Numbered from the stretch's first letter, positions 30,819 to 43,023 are shown. The stretch is DNA of 64,000 nt from an uncultured Alphaproteobacteria bacterium (GCA_963819615.1 CAWFWW010000004.1:573705-637704), one strand, 5' to 3'. Made by a program: numbers and translations. Notes: generated by a model not told the origin, from the letters alone.

Positions 30819-32030
30819 ATGAACAAAGTGGCATTTCTCTATATTGGAGGCATGCACCAGGTCTTCCATACGGCTGCTGTAGCTGCCGAGATGTCACGTC
30901 GGGATGACGTTGAAGTCCATTGCTTGTACGCCTCAAGTGAAAATCAGGGTACTTTCGCCAGGATCGCTGAAGCATTTGACGCTGGTCCCATAAAATACTC
31001 GAACTTGAGCGTGAGCCCGACATGGGAAACCATCCTGCGGACGCTGAACATTCCCAAAGCTCACAAACTCTTGCGGTTGTACTCGATGCGCCGCGAGCTC
31101 AGCACCTTTGACGCCATCGTGACACCCGAGCGCACCAGCGCCATCTTGAGAGGTTGGCTGCCGCCGTCAGTGAAGCTCATCCACTTCAAGCATGGCGTGG
31201 GTGACGGCCAAAAGGGCTTTGAGAATCGGTTGAAATCATTCGACATGGTTGCGGTCTCAGGCGAAAAAGACCGGGAACGCCTGTATCGCGACGGTGTCAT
31301 CGATCACGGCAAGTGCGCCGTGACAGGTTCAGTAAAGCTCGCGACCATTGAAAAACTTCAGAAAGACAAGGGCGCATTTTTCAACAATAACCGCCCCACA
31401 GTTCTCTACAATCCGCATTTCAATGAATCGCTGGGTTCGTGGTCCAACTGGGGACAGAAAATTGTAGGCGCCTTCGCCGCCCAATCAGATTTCAACCTGA
31501 TACTGGCTCCGCACATTAGAATGCTCGAAAATGCCTCAGTCAGCGAGCGCGAAGAATTTGAAGCCCTGTCGATCCCCGGCAAGATTATCGCCGACGCCGG
31601 TTCGCTTGCTTCCTGCGATATGAGTTACACGACTTCGGCGGACATCTTCATGGGGGACGTCAGCAGTCAGGCTTACGAATTCATCACAACTCCAAGGCCG
31701 TGTGTATTCCTCAATAGTCATGACGTGAATTGGCAGAAGGACAAGAACTATGCCTTCTGGCGCTTTGGCGATGTTGTTGACAGGGTCGAAGGCATTCTTC
31801 CAACACTCAACCGGGCCATTGGCCGTCACAATGCACTTTACCGGAACATGCAAGCTGCATCATTGGCGCGTGCAATTGGTGTCGAAGTTCAGTCCGCACC
31901 CGCACGAGCTGTTACTGCTATCGTGAATTGCGTTCAGCATCGCACAACGAAAACGGAATACCTTTCCCGGTTGCCGCGCCTTGAGGGAAGCGGCGTATCA
32001 GCTAGCCAAGTCAAGGAAGACGCCGCTTAG
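30819..32030 (+). CDS. GT-B-like protein, probably CDP-glycerol glycerophosphotransferase-related
   Basis: HFKHGVGD, VLYNPHF and DIFMGDVSSQAYEF segments resemble TagF-like transferases; family assignment by recall only. Confidence 0.55.
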   Translation: MNKVAFLYIGGMHQVFHTAAVAAEMSRRDDVEVHCLYASSENQGTFARIAEAFDAGPIKYSNLSVSPTWETILRTLNIPKAHKLLRLYSMRRELSTFDAIVTPERTSAILRGWLPPSVKLIHFKHGVGDGQKGFENRLKSFDMVAVSGEKDRERLYRDGVIDHGKCAVTGSVKLATIEKLQKDKGAFFNNNRPTVLYNPHFNESLGSWSNWGQKIVGAFAAQSDFNLILAPHIRMLENASVSEREEFEALSIPGKIIADAGSLASCDMSYTTSADIFMGDVSSQAYEFITTPRPCVFLNSHDVNWQKDKNYAFWRFGDVVDRVEGILPTLNRAIGRHNALYRNMQAASLARAIGVEVQSAPARAVTAIVNCVQHRTTKTEYLSRLPRLEGSGVSASQVKEDAA

Positions 32031-32042
32031 CAACCGTTTCTG

Positions 32043-33494
32043 ATGCCCAAAAAGGATAGGACTGGGAATGGCAACGCAGTCTGCCTTGCAGATGCTGAAG
32101 AAGTCCATCCTTTTGTGTTCGCAAGGTTCATGAAGAATAGGTTGCGCGCAATGCTGTCGGCATTGGCGAGAATTGATCTTGAGTCGAATTCTCGCAAGCT
32201 CAAATTTTTCGAATCTCTTGTTCCAGCAACAAAGTCGGCTGGCGCAGCCGCAAAAGGGCAAATATTCTACGTGCTGAACGCATCACTTCCGCACGAGACA
32301 AGGGGATATGCCACCCGCTCCCACGGTGTCATCGGCGGACTGCAAGAGAATGGATGCAGCGTCTTTGCCGTTACGCGCCCGGGTTTTCCGATTGATGTCA
32401 AGCAAGGCATCCAGCGGCAGGACGTGGCCCCCGTTGAGCGCGTTGGCGGCGTTGACTACCACAGAATGCTCGGGAGTTCAGTGACCGAACAGAAATTGAC
32501 GGATTACGTTGTCGCTGCAGCCTCGCAGCTGGAAGTTTCCATGAACAAAGTCAACCCGGCATGTGTATTGGCTGCAACCCCATCCCACTACGCTGGATTG
32601 CCCGCACTCATTGCCGCACGTCGGTGCGGCCTGCCTTTCTATTATGAAGTCAGGGGCCTCTGGGAAATCACCAAAGCTTCTCGCAAACCAGGGTTTGCAA
32701 CATCGGCAGACTACAAACTTCGTGTCGGCCTTGAAGAGATGGTTTGCCGCCACGCTGATCACGTTTTCACCCTGACCGACGGACTGAAGGAAGTTTTGGT
32801 TGAACGCGGAGTTTCAACCGGGAAAATATCACTGGTCCCGAACTCATGTGATCTGTCTTGGTTCCCTCCAGTCGGAAAAAGTCAAAAGCTCGCGGAACAA
32901 TTGAATGTTCCCAAAGCCGCAATCGTCATCGGTTACGTCGGATCAATTGTCGATTACGAGGGGTTGGACGATCTTGTTGAAGCATTTGCACTGCTGAAAT
33001 CGCGTGGCCGAAACGTCGTCTTGCTCATTGTCGGCGCTGAAACAGTGAAGCAAGGGAAGGCAACCGTGGTGACCAACGCCCTGCGCCAGATCATTTCTCA
33101 ACGCGGACTTGGCAACGCAGTGATTATGCCGGGAAAAGTTCCATTTGATCAGGTCGCAGAATATTACTCGCTGGTTGATATCGCCGCATTTCCGAGAAAG
33201 CCGTGGCCCGTCTGCGAAATCGTGTCGCCTCTCAAGCCGCTTGAAGCCATGGCGATGGCAAAAGCCGTTGTCGGTTCAAGCGTCCGCGCACTTGCGGAAA
33301 TGATCGACCATGGCAATACGGGCCTCATATTCGAGAAGGGCAGCATATCGGCGCTATGTGAGGCGTTGGACGAATTGGTGAAGGACAGCGCCACTCGCCA
33401 CCGCCTCGGCCAAAATGCGCGTTCCTGGGTCCAGTCTCAAAGAACCTGGAAAAAAACCACGGAAAAAATGCGCAATGTCATGCTTGCTGAGTAA
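32043..33494 (+). CDS. Glycosyltransferase family 4
   Basis: GYATRSH, YEVRGLWE, GYVGSIVDYEGLDDL and SPLKPLEAMAMAK motifs. Confidence 0.9.
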   Translation: MPKKDRTGNGNAVCLADAEEVHPFVFARFMKNRLRAMLSALARIDLESNSRKLKFFESLVPATKSAGAAAKGQIFYVLNASLPHETRGYATRSHGVIGGLQENGCSVFAVTRPGFPIDVKQGIQRQDVAPVERVGGVDYHRMLGSSVTEQKLTDYVVAAASQLEVSMNKVNPACVLAATPSHYAGLPALIAARRCGLPFYYEVRGLWEITKASRKPGFATSADYKLRVGLEEMVCRHADHVFTLTDGLKEVLVERGVSTGKISLVPNSCDLSWFPPVGKSQKLAEQLNVPKAAIVIGYVGSIVDYEGLDDLVEAFALLKSRGRNVVLLIVGAETVKQGKATVVTNALRQIISQRGLGNAVIMPGKVPFDQVAEYYSLVDIAAFPRKPWPVCEIVSPLKPLEAMAMAKAVVGSSVRALAEMIDHGNTGLIFEKGSISALCEALDELVKDSATRHRLGQNARSWVQSQRTWKKTTEKMRNVMLAE

Positions 33495-33597
33495 GTTTCT
33501 CGGCATCCGAAACAAAGCGCTCGGTTATAAACTGCGTGGCCCTCACCCACGTCCGTTCATTCTCAACCCAAGCCCTTGATTTCTCACCGAGCGGCAT
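33478..33597 (-). pseudogene. Relic C-terminus of a second GT4 gene
   Basis: Minus frame reads LGEKSRAWVENERTW..., 8/15 identical to LGQNARSWVQSQRTW at the end of the adjacent GT4. Confidence 0.5.
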
Positions 33598-33712
33598 TTT
33601 GATTTCCCGGCTGCGGCAAAACCATACGCAGAGGCTGCACTCAATCAACTACGAAATCATACCAACAGTCATAAATACTGACTCTTCGGGCTTCAAACGA
33701 GTCTCTCTGGTA

Positions 33713-33995
33713 TTCCCTCCCCCTAGTGGGCAGGGCTATCGCATGTGGACATTTTTCCTCTCCCGCTGGCGGGAGAGGTGTCGCTTGCAAAGCAAGTGAC
33801 GGAGGAGGGGCTTTGGCTCAAGCGGGAAAAAATTTGCCCATTTTCCAGGCTGTGCGAAGCCCCTCTCCGTCTTTCGCGTCTTGCGACGCGAAATTCACCT
33901 CTCCCGATTCTCGGGCGAGGAAAGCCATATCCGATTGCCCTCCCCACAAGGGGGAGGGAAAAGAATGGGTCAATTCTTGTGACGATTGGTATCAG
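33713..33995. repeat. Nested palindromic composite (outer family-A arms, inner family-B arms)
   Basis: Arms at 33713-33778 and 33898-33961 are mutually inverted; 33898-33995 matches 668-766. Confidence 0.8.
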
Positions 33996-34075
33996 ATCAG
34001 ACAAATGGAACAAGCACTCCACTCCAGGAAACGAAAACTCCCACGCTTTGACTTTCATTTCAAATTTCCAATCAT

Positions 34076-35371
34076 TCAATGCGTCGCTGCGCGGCGTTCC
34101 ATCTGAAACGCCCCGCTGAAATCCAGCTTCACGAGTTGCCTGAGTTTCGCCGACTTCTTGAAAGCGCTGTGGCTCACCAGCATCGCATGCACATGCGCTG
34201 TTTCGGAGGCTTCTTCTATGCTGGCAAGTTTCAAACCAGACAGCTTGGAGGGCAGTGAATCAACATGCGGCTCAACGACAAGAATCTGCGTCGACAACTC
34301 GCTCGCCAAATGCGCCGCTATTTCCAGCGCCGGACTTTCGCGCAAATCATCAATGTCCGGCTTGAAAGCCAGCCCGTAGCAGGCAACTATGACATCTTTT
34401 GCCGCCATCCCGGGATTCTCAAGCAGGTAGTCCGCAACGGCAGCCTTCACTTTCTCGACCACCCACTTTGGTTTTCTGTCATTCACTTCCCGCGCCGTCC
34501 GCACCAGTCGCGCCTCTGCTGGTGTTTTCGCGACAATAAACCACGGATCAACCGCAATGCAATGTCCGCCGACGCCAGCACCCGGCTGCAGGATCTTGAC
34601 GCGCGGGTGCCTGTTGGCCAGCGCAATCAACTCCCACACATTAATGTCCAGTTTTTCACAGATGATCGAGAGTTCATTCGCAAAAGCAATGTTGACGTCG
34701 CGGAAGCTGTTTTCAGTCAGCTTCGCCATCTCAGCTGTCCGGCAGTCGGTGACGACGCATTCTCCTTCGACAAAAGTCTTGTAAAGCGCAACTGCCTGCT
34801 CCGAGCACGCATGTGTCATGCCACCGATGACGCGGTCGTTCTGGACAAGCTCGCGCAAGACATGGCCAGGCAAGACCCGCTCCGGGCAATGCGCGACACG
34901 GATATCGGACTTGGCGCCATGCGTCTGCGGAAATGTCAGGTCCGGCCGTTTCTCGGCAAGCCAATTCGCCACCAGCTCCGTCGTTCCGACCGGTGAAGTC
35001 GATTCAAGCACGACCAGATTGCCCGCCTTGAGCACCGGTGCAATCGCATTGCACGTTGCCTCGATATAGCTTACGTCAGGATCAGGCGTATCCTTGCCAT
35101 TGTCGGATTTGAACGGAGTGGGCACGGCGATCAGAAAAGCGTCAGCAGGTTCAGGCTTCGTGGTCGCCCTCAAATAGCCCTCGGAAACAGCGGCATGCAC
35201 GACGATGTCAAGGTCCGGCTCGACAATGTGAATCGCGCCCTTGTTGATCGTGTCAACCACGCGCGCGTTGACATCAACGCCAATCACCTTGATCTTGCGC
35301 CCCGCAAACACTGCGGCAGTTGGCAAGCCAATATATCCGAGGCCAACGACCGAGATAGTTTTGAATTCCAT
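34076..35371 (-). CDS. wecC: UDP-N-acetyl-D-mannosamine dehydrogenase
   Basis: VGLGYIGLP, HCPERVLPG, TENSFRDVNIAFANEL and GVGGHCIAVDP motifs. Confidence 0.95.
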   Translation of the reverse strand: MEFKTISVVGLGYIGLPTAAVFAGRKIKVIGVDVNARVVDTINKGAIHIVEPDLDIVVHAAVSEGYLRATTKPEPADAFLIAVPTPFKSDNGKDTPDPDVSYIEATCNAIAPVLKAGNLVVLESTSPVGTTELVANWLAEKRPDLTFPQTHGAKSDIRVAHCPERVLPGHVLRELVQNDRVIGGMTHACSEQAVALYKTFVEGECVVTDCRTAEMAKLTENSFRDVNIAFANELSIICEKLDINVWELIALANRHPRVKILQPGAGVGGHCIAVDPWFIVAKTPAEARLVRTAREVNDRKPKWVVEKVKAAVADYLLENPGMAAKDVIVACYGLAFKPDIDDLRESPALEIAAHLASELSTQILVVEPHVDSLPSKLSGLKLASIEEASETAHVHAMLVSHSAFKKSAKLRQLVKLDFSGAFQMERRAATH

Positions 35372-36516
35372 CAGTTCACCTTCCAGGTTGCGAGTAACGA
35401 TACAATGCGTTGCACCGCTTTGCCATCGCCGTAAGGATTATGCGCCATGCTCATCGCGCGATAGGCAGCTTCATCAGTCAAGAGCCTGCTCACACCCGAG
35501 ACTATCGCAGATTCGTCCGTGCCCACCAGCTTGACCGTGCCGGCCTCGACAGCCTCTGGCCGTTCCGTGGTATCGCGCATCACCAGCACCGGTTTGCCGA
35601 GCGAAGGAGCCTCCTCCTGCACGCCACCTGAATCGGTGAGGATCAAATGTGCCCGCTGCATCAAATATATGAATGGCAAATATTCAAGCGGCTCAATCAA
35701 GTGGACATTGCTGATGCCCGAAAGGATTTGCCGCACGGGCTGCACCACATTCGGATTCATGTGGACCGGATAGACGATTGCAACGTCCGGAAAAGCCCGC
35801 GCAATCTCGGCGATGGCCCTGCATATCCGCTGGAACCCGTCGCCAAAATTCTCGCGCCTGTGCCCGGTAACCAGCAAGACCCTTTGCCCGTTTTTGAGGA
35901 AAGAGAACTGAGCGCCAAACTGCTTCTGCAAGTCCTTGTCGCCACTGACCCGCGCACTCACGTCAAGCAGCGCGTCAATCACTGTGTTGCCAGTGACATG
36001 AATGGATTGCGGGTCAACGCCTTCACGCAGCAAATTTTTGCGCGACAATTCCGTCGGTGCAAAGTGCAGCGATGCGAGCGCACCCGTAAGCTTCCTGTTT
36101 GCTTCTTCCGGAAATGGCGCGCGCATGTTGCCGGTCCGCAATCCAGCTTCAACGTGGCCAACCGCAACATCATGATAAAAACTGGCAAGGCTAGCCGAAA
36201 GCGTCGTTGATGTATCGCCGTGGACCAAAGCAATGTCGGGTTTGAACGCGCGGTAAACATCGCGCATCCCGGTCAGGATGCGTGCTGTCACATCAGTCAG
36301 GTCTTGCCCTGGCTTCATGATGTCGAGGTCAAAGTCAGCCTTGAGCCCGAAAAGTGTCATAACCTGATCAAGCATCTGGCGATGCTGGCCGGTCAGGCAC
36401 AGCCGGAAATCGAACCTTGGGTCAGCCCGCAGCGCCAGCGCCAACGGAGCCATCTTGATGGCCTCGGGCCGCGTCCCGATGATGCACATGCATTTGATGA
36501 CGCCTTGTCCCATCAC
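35371..36516 (-). CDS. wecB: UDP-N-acetylglucosamine 2-epimerase
   Basis: [30 protein letters not shown] and [13 protein letters not shown] motifs. Confidence 0.96.
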   Translation of the reverse strand: MMGQGVIKCMCIIGTRPEAIKMAPLALALRADPRFDFRLCLTGQHRQMLDQVMTLFGLKADFDLDIMKPGQDLTDVTARILTGMRDVYRAFKPDIALVHGDTSTTLSASLASFYHDVAVGHVEAGLRTGNMRAPFPEEANRKLTGALASLHFAPTELSRKNLLREGVDPQSIHVTGNTVIDALLDVSARVSGDKDLQKQFGAQFSFLKNGQRVLLVTGHRRENFGDGFQRICRAIAEIARAFPDVAIVYPVHMNPNVVQPVRQILSGISNVHLIEPLEYLPFIYLMQRAHLILTDSGGVQEEAPSLGKPVLVMRDTTERPEAVEAGTVKLVGTDESAIVSGVSRLLTDEAAYRAMSMAHNPYGDGKAVQRIVSLLATWKVN

Positions 36517-36542
36517 GCCACCATAACCGCAATTTCAAGCAC

Positions 36543-37826
36543 TCAATCTTCCTCGCTCTGAAAGGGCAATTGGCCCGATTCGCCCTCCCCGCGCAAAACC
36601 CGATTGATCGTCTCCATCGGCACCCGCATGACCTCAGGCCTCTCGAACGTCGGAACATCCGGCGGAAACGGCATGAACGCGTTTCCACCCATCCTTCCAT
36701 GCCACTTCTCATAAGCAGTCTTGTAGGCTTGCCTGGTTGGCGAAAGCCCGCCTTTGACTCTGGCGGCAAAATTGTCCGACCCACTGAGGCTTGTGCTTGC
36801 TTCAAGTGAAATCATGCTGATGCTCTTGAGGCGAGGCAGGGTCTTGCGGAGAAAATACTCGGTTCGGCTGATGATTTCGCTGTCGCCTCCAAACCGCACG
36901 CAATCCCAGGACCCCAGCTTTGTCATCAAAAGGTCCCGGTGGAACAAGCATGAAGGAGTGGCAACATTGGCGACGCCGTCCGGGCTGCCGCTTCTCGGCT
37001 CGCCGATCCTCGCAAATTCACCCTGCGGGGTCATGCGCAGGCGCAGCGTAAGGCTTGCACCCTCAAGGCATGAATTGGCCCGCGCCATCTTCATGTGCTG
37101 GGCAAGCCGCTGCGGGTGCGCCCAGTCGTCAGCGTCGTGACATGTAATGAAATCTCCGGTCGCCAAACCCAGATGCAGCGCAATGTTCTTGCAAACATAT
37201 GGCCCGCTATTGATCCTGTTTCGCAATGCCTTGACGCGGCTATCCCGCGCAACGGCTTTCTGGATTTCTCGCCACGTATCATCGCTGCTGGCATCATCGA
37301 CAATGATGAGCTCCAGCCGCTGCCACGTTTGTCGAAGGATTGAATCAATCGCAAAGCCAATGGTGCTGGCCGCATTATGCGCTGCCATGATGACGCTGAT
37401 CAGCGGCCCATCATTGACCTCTGGCAACGGTAATGTCGTCAATCCATGAAGTCGGCTGGCGCTTCCGGGTGCCAGCCCGACTGGCGCTTGATCAAAATGT
37501 TCAAGATACTGGTTCAGGTGCTGCAACCAGCGGCCTTCATCCTGCCCATGCATGTTTGCGCGAACAATATCGACCGCTGGACGCACGTAGCGGGGAAGCG
37601 GCATTGTCATCAATTTTTCCGCCTCTTCCATCAAACCTTTCTGTACGAGCGCCTGGGCCTCTGCCACGCGAGAAAATCCGGAGTGATAAAACTTGCGCTC
37701 GACGACAGTCACGGCCTTCCAAAGTCCGGTCATTTGCTTCGCCGCAACATAACTGCGGCTCAAAATCCGCCTCACGTCATCACCATGTTTCGCAGGGAAA
37801 TTCTTGCATCCTGACAACAGCCTCAA
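36543..37826 (-). CDS. Glycosyltransferase family 2
   Basis: ISVIMAAHN, VDDASSD, NSGPY and CHDADDWAHP motifs. Confidence 0.88.
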   Translation of the reverse strand: MRLLSGCKNFPAKHGDDVRRILSRSYVAAKQMTGLWKAVTVVERKFYHSGFSRVAEAQALVQKGLMEEAEKLMTMPLPRYVRPAVDIVRANMHGQDEGRWLQHLNQYLEHFDQAPVGLAPGSASRLHGLTTLPLPEVNDGPLISVIMAAHNAASTIGFAIDSILRQTWQRLELIIVDDASSDDTWREIQKAVARDSRVKALRNRINSGPYVCKNIALHLGLATGDFITCHDADDWAHPQRLAQHMKMARANSCLEGASLTLRLRMTPQGEFARIGEPRSGSPDGVANVATPSCLFHRDLLMTKLGSWDCVRFGGDSEIISRTEYFLRKTLPRLKSISMISLEASTSLSGSDNFAARVKGGLSPTRQAYKTAYEKWHGRMGGNAFMPFPPDVPTFERPEVMRVPMETINRVLRGEGESGQLPFQSEED

Positions 37827-39112
37827 AGCCTGAGATCGCTTTCTGTGATCGGGTAAACCGCCTTGAGATCAAAGAAAAGACCGTTGCTGTTTAATAGCGA
37901 ACGAACCCGTGCCGCTCCCCTTGCAATGAACTCCTTGTGTCCCACAGCTAGCACAACGGCATCATATTCTGATTTCTCCGGCAGCGACTCAACGACGGCA
38001 TCGGCGTTCATGCGCTTCCGGTCCCTGTCTGAAGGCCATGGATCGTGAATGCTGACATGGGCGCCATACTGCTTCAAGTGCAGGATCAAATCCTGCACTT
38101 TTGTATTGCGCATGTCGGTGCAGTTCTCCTTGAACGTGACCCCTAGAACGAGGATTTTCGACTTGCCGATTGCGATGCCTTTCACAATCATCTCTCGCAC
38201 CAGCCTCGACGCAGCAAATTCCGGCATGCTCTCATTGATGCGTCGCGCCGTCTGGATGATGTCGGGCACGTATCCGTGCGTCAGCGACTTCTTCACCATG
38301 TAGTAGGGATCAATGCTGATGCAGTGTCCGCCAACCAGGCCGGGTCGGACTGGCACAAAATTCCATTTCGTCGAAGCTGCCTCTATCACTTCAACCGTGT
38401 CGATCCCGATCCGCGAGAATATCTGTGACAACTCATTCATCAAGGCGATGTTGAGGTCACGCTGGATGTTTTCAATGATCTTGGATGCCTCGGCGACTTT
38501 GATGCTTCCAGCCCGATATGTTCCCGCCGTGATGATCGCCTTGTAAAGGTCATCGACGGCCGCCGCAGCTTCGGGTGTAGAGCCGGATGTCACCTTGGTG
38601 ATGCTCGCAATGGGCCGCTCCTTGTCGCCCGGATTGACCCGTTCCGGACTGTATCCCGCGAAAAATTCCGAATTGAAGGCAAGCCCGGATTCCCGCGCCA
38701 GAATTGGAACGCAGATTTCTTCGGTGGCGCCGGGATAGACAGTCGATTCGTAGATGACGATGTCACCCTTCTTGAGCGCTTTGCCCACAATTTCAGAAGC
38801 GCTGATCAACGGCGTAAAATCCGGATCGCGCGTTTCGTTGATGGGAGTCGGAACGCAAACGATGAACCTGTTGCAGTTTTTGATGTCGCTTGGCAAATCG
38901 CTGAAGCTCAGGTGCGTGGCGCGCGCAATCTCCTGTGCGCTCAATTCACCCGTCCAGTCCACGCCCTCACGCAGCTGCGCCACGCGGCGGCTGTTGATGT
39001 CAAAACCGATTGTCTTGAACTGTTTGCCAAATTCCACCACAAGCGGAAGCCCGACATAGCCCAGGCCAAGTACAGCGATGAAAGGTGTGGTGGACGCTAG
39101 CGCGCTCGCCAT
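37823..39112 (-). CDS. UDP-N-acetylhexosamine C6 dehydrogenase (TviB/WbpO-like)
   Basis: LGLGYVGLPL, YESTVYPGATEE, YSPERVNPGD, ENIQRDLNIALMNEL and GGHCISIDPYY motifs. Confidence 0.9.
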   Translation of the reverse strand: MASALASTTPFIAVLGLGYVGLPLVVEFGKQFKTIGFDINSRRVAQLREGVDWTGELSAQEIARATHLSFSDLPSDIKNCNRFIVCVPTPINETRDPDFTPLISASEIVGKALKKGDIVIYESTVYPGATEEICVPILARESGLAFNSEFFAGYSPERVNPGDKERPIASITKVTSGSTPEAAAAVDDLYKAIITAGTYRAGSIKVAEASKIIENIQRDLNIALMNELSQIFSRIGIDTVEVIEAASTKWNFVPVRPGLVGGHCISIDPYYMVKKSLTHGYVPDIIQTARRINESMPEFAASRLVREMIVKGIAIGKSKILVLGVTFKENCTDMRNTKVQDLILHLKQYGAHVSIHDPWPSDRDRKRMNADAVVESLPEKSEYDAVVLAVGHKEFIARGAARVRSLLNSNGLFFDLKAVYPITESDLRL

Positions 39113-39202
39113 GATGTGTGAGTCCAGGATGTTCAGCGAATCGAACGCTTATAGGTCCACCGACCAGCTCGCGCAACCAATCGGAAATTACTCACGCCCC
39201 AA

Positions 39203-39547
39203 CTAACCCACCGCCTTGTCCAGCCGGTCTGCCGCCTCTTCCATCCGCCGTATGAACATGTCTTCGACTGACTTCACCTGCGCCAGGGCATTGTTGCGCG
39301 TGTCTTTCAGCGCTTGCGCCTGTTCTTCAAGAGCGCCGATCTTGCGCGTCGCCTCAGACAAGCGGTCAGCCACCATTAATCCCGCCATCACCAGCAAGCG
39401 GATGTCGCCGATTGAGCCGACGCTCTGCTTGATGCGGTTGACTTCCTCATCCAGCAGCTTTGCCAGCTGCTTGAGATGGTCTTCTTCCCCATCCGGGCAC
39501 TGCATCGTGTAAGGACGGCCGGCGATCGATACGATGACATTCGACAT
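39203..39547 (-). CDS. zapA: Cell division protein ZapA
   Basis: VSIAGRPYTMQCPDGEEDHL and RLLVMAGLMVAD motifs. Confidence 0.93.
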   Translation of the reverse strand: MSNVIVSIAGRPYTMQCPDGEEDHLKQLAKLLDEEVNRIKQSVGSIGDIRLLVMAGLMVADRLSEATRKIGALEEQAQALKDTRNNALAQVKSVEDMFIRRMEEAADRLDKAVG

Positions 39548-39553
39548 GCTGGA

Positions 39554-39841
39554 CTAGGCTCCCGCGCTGTTGGAATGGAGGACGGCGCGAATCCGCGACA
39601 TGGCTTGGTCAATCTTCCCCGAGGCCTGTTTGCTCGTATCAACCAGCTCCATGGCCTTGGTTTTCAACAGCTCAAGATCACGCGCCAGCCTCTGCCGCTC
39701 GGCGCCCATGACCTCAGCATCACGCGCAAGCGAAACCAGCTTGTCGTAGTCGTTATTCTTGCGCGCCGCTTCTGTTTCAAGCTTTAGGAGTGCTTGGTCG
39801 AAGCGGGCGAGCGCAGAATCAAGTCTGCTCGTCTCAGTCAT
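39554..39841 (-). CDS. DUF4164 coiled-coil protein (ZapB-like position)
   Basis: Short coiled coil directly upstream of zapA and divergent from tkt, a conserved alphaproteobacterial arrangement. Confidence 0.75.
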   Translation of the reverse strand: MTETSRLDSALARFDQALLKLETEAARKNNDYDKLVSLARDAEVMGAERQRLARDLELLKTKAMELVDTSKQASGKIDQAMSRIRAVLHSNSAGA

Positions 39842-40017
39842 TCTCTGTCCCCCTAAGACATTTTCAGCAACTTACAGAGATTTGCCAGCCCGATCAAATC
39901 TTTGTAAAGGGTATATGATTCGAAACTCGAAGTACAACCGCAAAACACCGGGTTTGACAAGCGACCTGCGGATGATATTTGGGGCGCAACTCACGCTAAT
40001 CAAGAGGTGCCCCAACC

Positions 40018-41997
<1,980 letters not shown>

Positions 41998-42000
41998 CAC

Positions 42001-42034
42001 TTGACAAATTGTAAGAGTGTGTATAAATACACAC
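42001..42034 (+). promoter_or_regulatory. hicAB promoter/operator
   Basis: TTGACA at 42001 and perfect inverted repeat GTGTGTAT-AA-ATACACAC (42017-42034) abutting the hicA ATG. Confidence 0.7.
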
Positions 42035-42035
42035 C

Positions 42036-42224
42036 ATGAATAGCCGCGAGGTTATTGGGCTCTTGCAAAAGGCCGGCTGGGTAAAGGTTGCCCAGAAGGG
42101 CAGTCACGTCCAGTTCAAACATCCGCAGAAGCAGGGCCGGGTGACAGTGCCACACCCGAAGCAGGAAGTGCCGCTTGGCACTTTGCGGTCAATCGAAAAA
42201 CAGGCACAGATGAAGTTGAGGTGA
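42036..42224 (+). CDS. hicA: HicA toxin
   Basis: KGSHVQFKHP and VTVPHP dsRBD-fold signature; 62 aa. Confidence 0.93.
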   Translation: MNSREVIGLLQKAGWVKVAQKGSHVQFKHPQKQGRVTVPHPKQEVPLGTLRSIEKQAQMKLR

Positions 42225-42227
42225 ACT

Positions 42228-42614
42228 ATGGCTGAGTTTATTTCTGTCATTCACAAGGAAGCGAAAAGTGCCTTTGGTGCAAGCTTTCCAGATCTGCCGG
42301 GCTGCATTTCGGCGGCCGCAAGCCTGGAAGAACTGCGGCCGATGATTGAAGAATCTCTCGGCCTTCATATCGAAGGCATGATCGAAGATGGCGAAGCCGT
42401 ACCAGAGCCCAGCCCGCTTGATGCCATCTTGAAGTCGAAGGACTATGCCGACGCTGTCGCGGTGATGGTCGTGAAAGCGCCGGACGTTCCGGAAGCAACG
42501 GTGCGCGTCAACATCACCCTGCCTGAAAAGACACTTGCCCAAATCGACCGCAAAGCCGCCGAAAAAGGCATGTCCCGCTCCAGCTTCCTCGCCAAGGCGG
42601 CGGAGCGGTGGTGA
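42228..42614 (+). CDS. hicB: HicB antitoxin
   Basis: FGASFPDLPGC and C-terminal RHH (VRVNITLP..SRSSFL). Confidence 0.93.
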   Translation: MAEFISVIHKEAKSAFGASFPDLPGCISAAASLEELRPMIEESLGLHIEGMIEDGEAVPEPSPLDAILKSKDYADAVAVMVVKAPDVPEATVRVNITLPEKTLAQIDRKAAEKGMSRSSFLAKAAERW

Positions 42615-43023
42615 TGGAACCTGCAAATCGAAAGAGTAGAGCCAAAACCTACATCGGCATTCTGGATGGCCGCGGCAAAGTTTTGGGCGTGCGCATCCCC
42701 GACATTGATGGCGGCGGCGCTACTCCCGAAGCGGCCATAGCTGATGTCACCCGCGCACTGCGCGATGTTATGGCGCACAAACAAAGCAATGGTGTCACGT
42801 TCCCCAAGGCATCGCCCATCGCTGATATCCTGAAGCGCGAAAACTGTGTAAAGGTGAAAGTACGGTCATCGTTCCCGTGGTCCTCGATGCAGGCCGCACC
42901 GTCCGCGCCAACCTGACACTCGACGCGGGCTTCCTCGAAGCCGTCGACACCGCCGCCCACCGCGCCGACATCACCCGCTCCGCCTACGTTGCAAGCGCCG
43001 CGAGGGAGAAGCTGGAGGCGTGA
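42614..43023 (+). pseudogene. Second HicB-like gene, frameshifted
   Basis: N-part GVRIPDIDGGGATPEAAIAD continues after a frameshift near 42845 (TGTGT) into VRANLTLDAGFLEAVD..ITRSAYV RHH domain ending TGA 43023. Confidence 0.75.

Noticed and set aside
33723-34119. Three overlapping ~120-aa ORFs
   Set aside because: They run through the nested palindrome composite and translate its arms; no RBS or family motif.
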